DNA from: Octopus bimaculoides
Taxonomy: Eukaryota
Direction: 5' to 3'
DNA length: 36,076 nucleotides
Assembly (NCBI RefSeq): GCF_001194135.2
Contig: NC_068991.1
Coordinates: 19,153,216 to 19,189,291, forward strand
The notes beneath the pieces are model-generated. The model was not told the origin of the DNA, did not search any database, and was given only the letters and a program-made list of their open reading frames with translations. A program made the translations under genes and the position numbers. Below, one piece after another: positions 32,669 through 36,076 of the stretch; position 1 is the first letter of the stretch; every line of letters starts with the position of its first letter.

Positions 32669-33114
32669 CATACACACGCATGTGTTTGTGCTTGTATGTG
32701 TGTGTAGAGAGAAAAAGTAAAGTCAAATCAATGTTACGTTCGTTTCTGTGAACGAACGCCATATATTTCATATTACATAGGAAGTTATGCAATTCCAGCA
32801 ATAAAATTAGCGTTCACTTCTTCAGATATTCTAATTTGAATCGCAGTCAACTTATGAAAGAAATTCGCAATGCATGATGAATTTCCACCGCTTCATGGCC
32901 GTGTCAACAACGAAGCAAACAGACAAACTGTAAAAGTTAATTTATCTTATGATCCCCCTAGTATATATATCATCATTTAGACATGATTTATGGCAGTTCA
33001 TCAAGATGTTTCGAACATTCTACGGTTCGAAACGTCTTTTCCATAGCAATAAGATGAAGCGCCTGGATTTTACTTGTCCTCAATTCTGTGTGTGTGCGTG
33101 CGTACGTGTTTGTG

Positions 33115-33152
<38 letters not shown>

Positions 33153-34809
33153 GGAGAGAGAGAGAGAGAGAGAGAGAGTTGCCCTTCCTCGGATATACAG
33201 AGAAAAATCCAGGGAAGTGGAAAAAGAGATAAGGAGGAAAAAAGATAAGGAAATAGAAGAAACCCAGGGGGACAAAAAAAGAGAAACGCATGCCNNNNNN
33301 NNNNNNNNNNNNNNNNNNNNNNNNNNNNNNNNNNNNNNNNNNNNNNNNNNNNNNNNNNNNNNNNNNNNNNNNNNNNNNNNNNNNNNNNNNNNNNNNNNNN
33401 NNNNNNNNNNNNNNNNNNNNNNNNNNNNNNNNNNNNNNNNNNNNNNNNNNNNNNNNNNNNNNNNNNNNNNNNNNNNNNNNNNNNNNNNNNNNNNNNNNNN
33501 NNNNNNNNNNNNNNNNNNNNNNNNNNNNNNNNNNNNNNNNNNNNNNNNNNNNNNNNNNNNNNNNNNNNNNNNNNNNNNNNNNNNNNNNNNNNNNNNNNNN
33601 NNNNNNNNNNNNNNNNNNNNNNNNNNNNNNNNNNNNNNNNNNNNNNNNNNNNNNNNNNNNNNNNNNNNNNNNNNNNNNNNNNNNNNNNNNNNNNNNNNNN
33701 NNNNNNNNNNNNNNNNNNNNNNNNNNNNNNNNNNNNNNNNNNNNNNNNNNNNNNNNNNNNNNNNNNNNNNNNNNNNNNNNNNNNNNNNNNNNNNNNNNNN
33801 NNNNNNNNNNNNNNNNNNNNNNNNNNNNNNNNNNNNNNNNNNNNNNNNNNNNNNNNNNNNNNNNNNNNNNNNNNNNNNNNNNNNNNNNNNNNNNNNNNNN
33901 NNNNNNNNNNNNNNNNNNNNNNNNNNNNNNNNNNNNNNNNNNNNNNNNNNNNNNNNNNNNNNNNNNNNNNNNNNNNNNNNNNNNNNNNNNCTCTCTCTCT
34001 CTCTCTCCCTATATATATATATATATATATATATAACAATAACCAGTTTCTCAGTCAACTAGCCATGCGTAACATTAGACTTGATTCAAGACAGACTCTT
34101 GAAGGGAAGGTAAATAGATGTGTGTGTGTGTGTATGCATATGTGTGTGAAACGGTAGTGTCAATGCGTGGATGTGTGTGTGTGCATCATTGTATTTGTGC
34201 AATTTTATGCTAGTGCTTGTGTGTGTACATCGCTGTATATCCGTGCATGTATGTATGTGTGTGTGTGTGTGTGTGTGCAAACACACATCCAATATTTATA
34301 ATGTATATCGATATCTATACATACGTGTACATATATAATATATACGCACATACACACACACACACACATACATACATATATCTGCATATTTAAAGTTATG
34401 GATACTCACATTCGTAGCTCACACACACACACACACACATACACACACACACAAAAATAATTATGCACGCACATACAACCAGCATGCGCGCAAATATAGA
34501 TACACGCTTGCATGATTACACATTGACACATTCACATCTATACACACACACATACATACATACAAGCACTTACATATATACATACATGCATACACTCTTA
34601 TACGCCTTATGAAGTGTGCCGGAGCGGCGCGTGCCCACGAAGTCAAACGTAAACGAAGAAAGGAAGAAGGAAAGAAGGGAAGAAAGAAAGAAGGAAAGAA
34701 ATGCCATAAAAAGTTCGCAGCCAGGTAAAAGTGTGGATGGAATTATAAAAGTGGGTTGTGGTGTAAGGGGTTGGTGGAGGTCTCGTGTGGTGTGGGATGG
34801 TGGAGAGAG

Positions 34810-34818
34810 GGAGATAAA

Positions 34819-34873
<55 letters not shown>

Positions 34874-35203
34874 GGTTAGAAAGAGAGATAGTTAGAGAGA
34901 GAGAGGGAAAGTGGGAGGAACTGGCGAGATAGAAAGGAGGTTGTATAGAATGAGATAGTAATAGATAGGAGAATATACATGCATACATACATACATACAC
35001 ATATATAATACTTACACACACACACACATACATACACACACAAAAATACACACACAGACATATATATATATATATAGAGAGAGAGAGAGTGAGACAGATA
35101 GAAAAAGAGAGAGAGAGAGAGAGAGAAACAGAGATAGATGGGGAGATAGATCGAGAGAAAGAGGAAGATAGATGGATAGACAAGGGAGTATAGAGAATAA
35201 ATT

Positions 35204-35264
<61 letters not shown>

Positions 35265-35450
35265 AGAGAGAGAGAAAATGAGGGAGAGAGAGGTTGATGA
35301 AGAGATGTATTGAGAAAATGGAGATAGATAGATAGATAGATAGATAGGAGTGGAAAAGAGAGAAGTAGATGAACAGATAGATAAAAAGAGAGAGTGAGAG
35401 CCAGTGAAAGTGAGAGAGAGAGAGAGAGAGGATGGAGAGAAGGGGAGAAG
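34810..35450. repeat. Long purine-rich (GA)n/(GATA)n tract
   Basis: Direct reading. Confidence 0.9.
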
Positions 35451-35467
35451 AAACGAGCAAGACTTAC

Positions 35468-35695
35468 TTATACGGCTATGGTGTCTTGTCACGCACCATT
35501 TGCGTTGAAGTCATGGCTGACCTGGCGTTTGCCTCGCTTGACAGGCGGCGGAGTGGTGGGAATGGGGGAAGGGCTGGGCGGGTGGTAGGCACGTGAATGT
35601 AGGCATTTGGTGGTAGGTATTTGGTGACGAGCACGTGTACACACACACTCAGCCACTTCGGGTATAAAGATTGGAGTGAACGGGTGGATGGATGC
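35468..35695 (-). other. Candidate 228-nt non-coding (5'UTR-like) exon
   Basis: ctatccaccctgcag|GCATCC..CGTATAA|GTAAGT; GC-rich unique island; stops in all three frames; alternative donor CAG|GTCAGC at 35522/35521 leaves two frames open. Confidence 0.35.
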
Positions 35696-35775
35696 CTGCA
35701 GGGTGGATAGGGCGTTACACTAGAGAAAGAATATTATATATATGTGTGTATAAAAAACTACGTATTGTCATACTT

Positions 35776-35813
<38 letters not shown>

Positions 35814-35905
35814 GTATGAATGTGTGTGTGTGTGGGCGTAGGCGTGTGTGTTCGTGCGTGAGTGTGTGTGTCTGTATGTAGATATACGCGCAAATATTGT
35901 TCATG

Positions 35906-35963
<58 letters not shown>

Positions 35964-36032
35964 AATCTATCTATCTACACACACACACATCCATATATCC
36001 ATACATAAGTTATATATGAACACACGTATTTA

Positions 36033-36076
<44 letters not shown>

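Noticed and set aside
3539-34062. Long ORFs containing X runs
   Set aside because: Open only because they cross N gaps
127-35588. ORFs rich in YIYI, VCVC, HTHT, poly-M, poly-S or poly-L
   Set aside because: Translations of microsatellites with no domain signal
35590-35675. Two CACGTG E-boxes and a plus-strand TATAAAG
   Set aside because: Short motifs cannot establish a promoter without TSS data

Overview
Repeat-dense eukaryotic animal DNA with 14 N-gaps (~9.0 kb, ~25% of the window) and very dense (AT)n/(GT)n/(ATGT)n/trinucleotide microsatellites. The SINE repertoire and microsatellite load suggest an Octopus draft assembly (inference). No complete protein-coding gene, rRNA, tRNA gene or CRISPR array is supported, and nearly all ORFs in the track are microsatellite or N-gap artefacts. 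Supported content: about 17 tRNA-derived SINE copies in 3-4 families, four mariner remnants or MITEs, CR1-type and RTE LINE fragments, and a Penelope-type GIY-YIG remnant. Several strong minus-strand splice-site pairs suggest the window is mostly intron of one minus-strand gene. Four observations stand out. (1) A fully canonical type I hammerhead ribozyme (31474-31520) sits in a 79-bp unit flanked by 13-bp direct repeats, and a second hammerhead-like family occurs in 3 copies. (2) One SINE family forms head-to-tail arrays at three loci, always joined at the same 12-bp site in its own A-box, including a 5'-truncated insert flanked by that 12-mer; this suggests self-targeted, site-specific retroposition. 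(3) A perfect 25-bp inverted repeat brackets a candidate exon. (4) There are several snap-back inversions.
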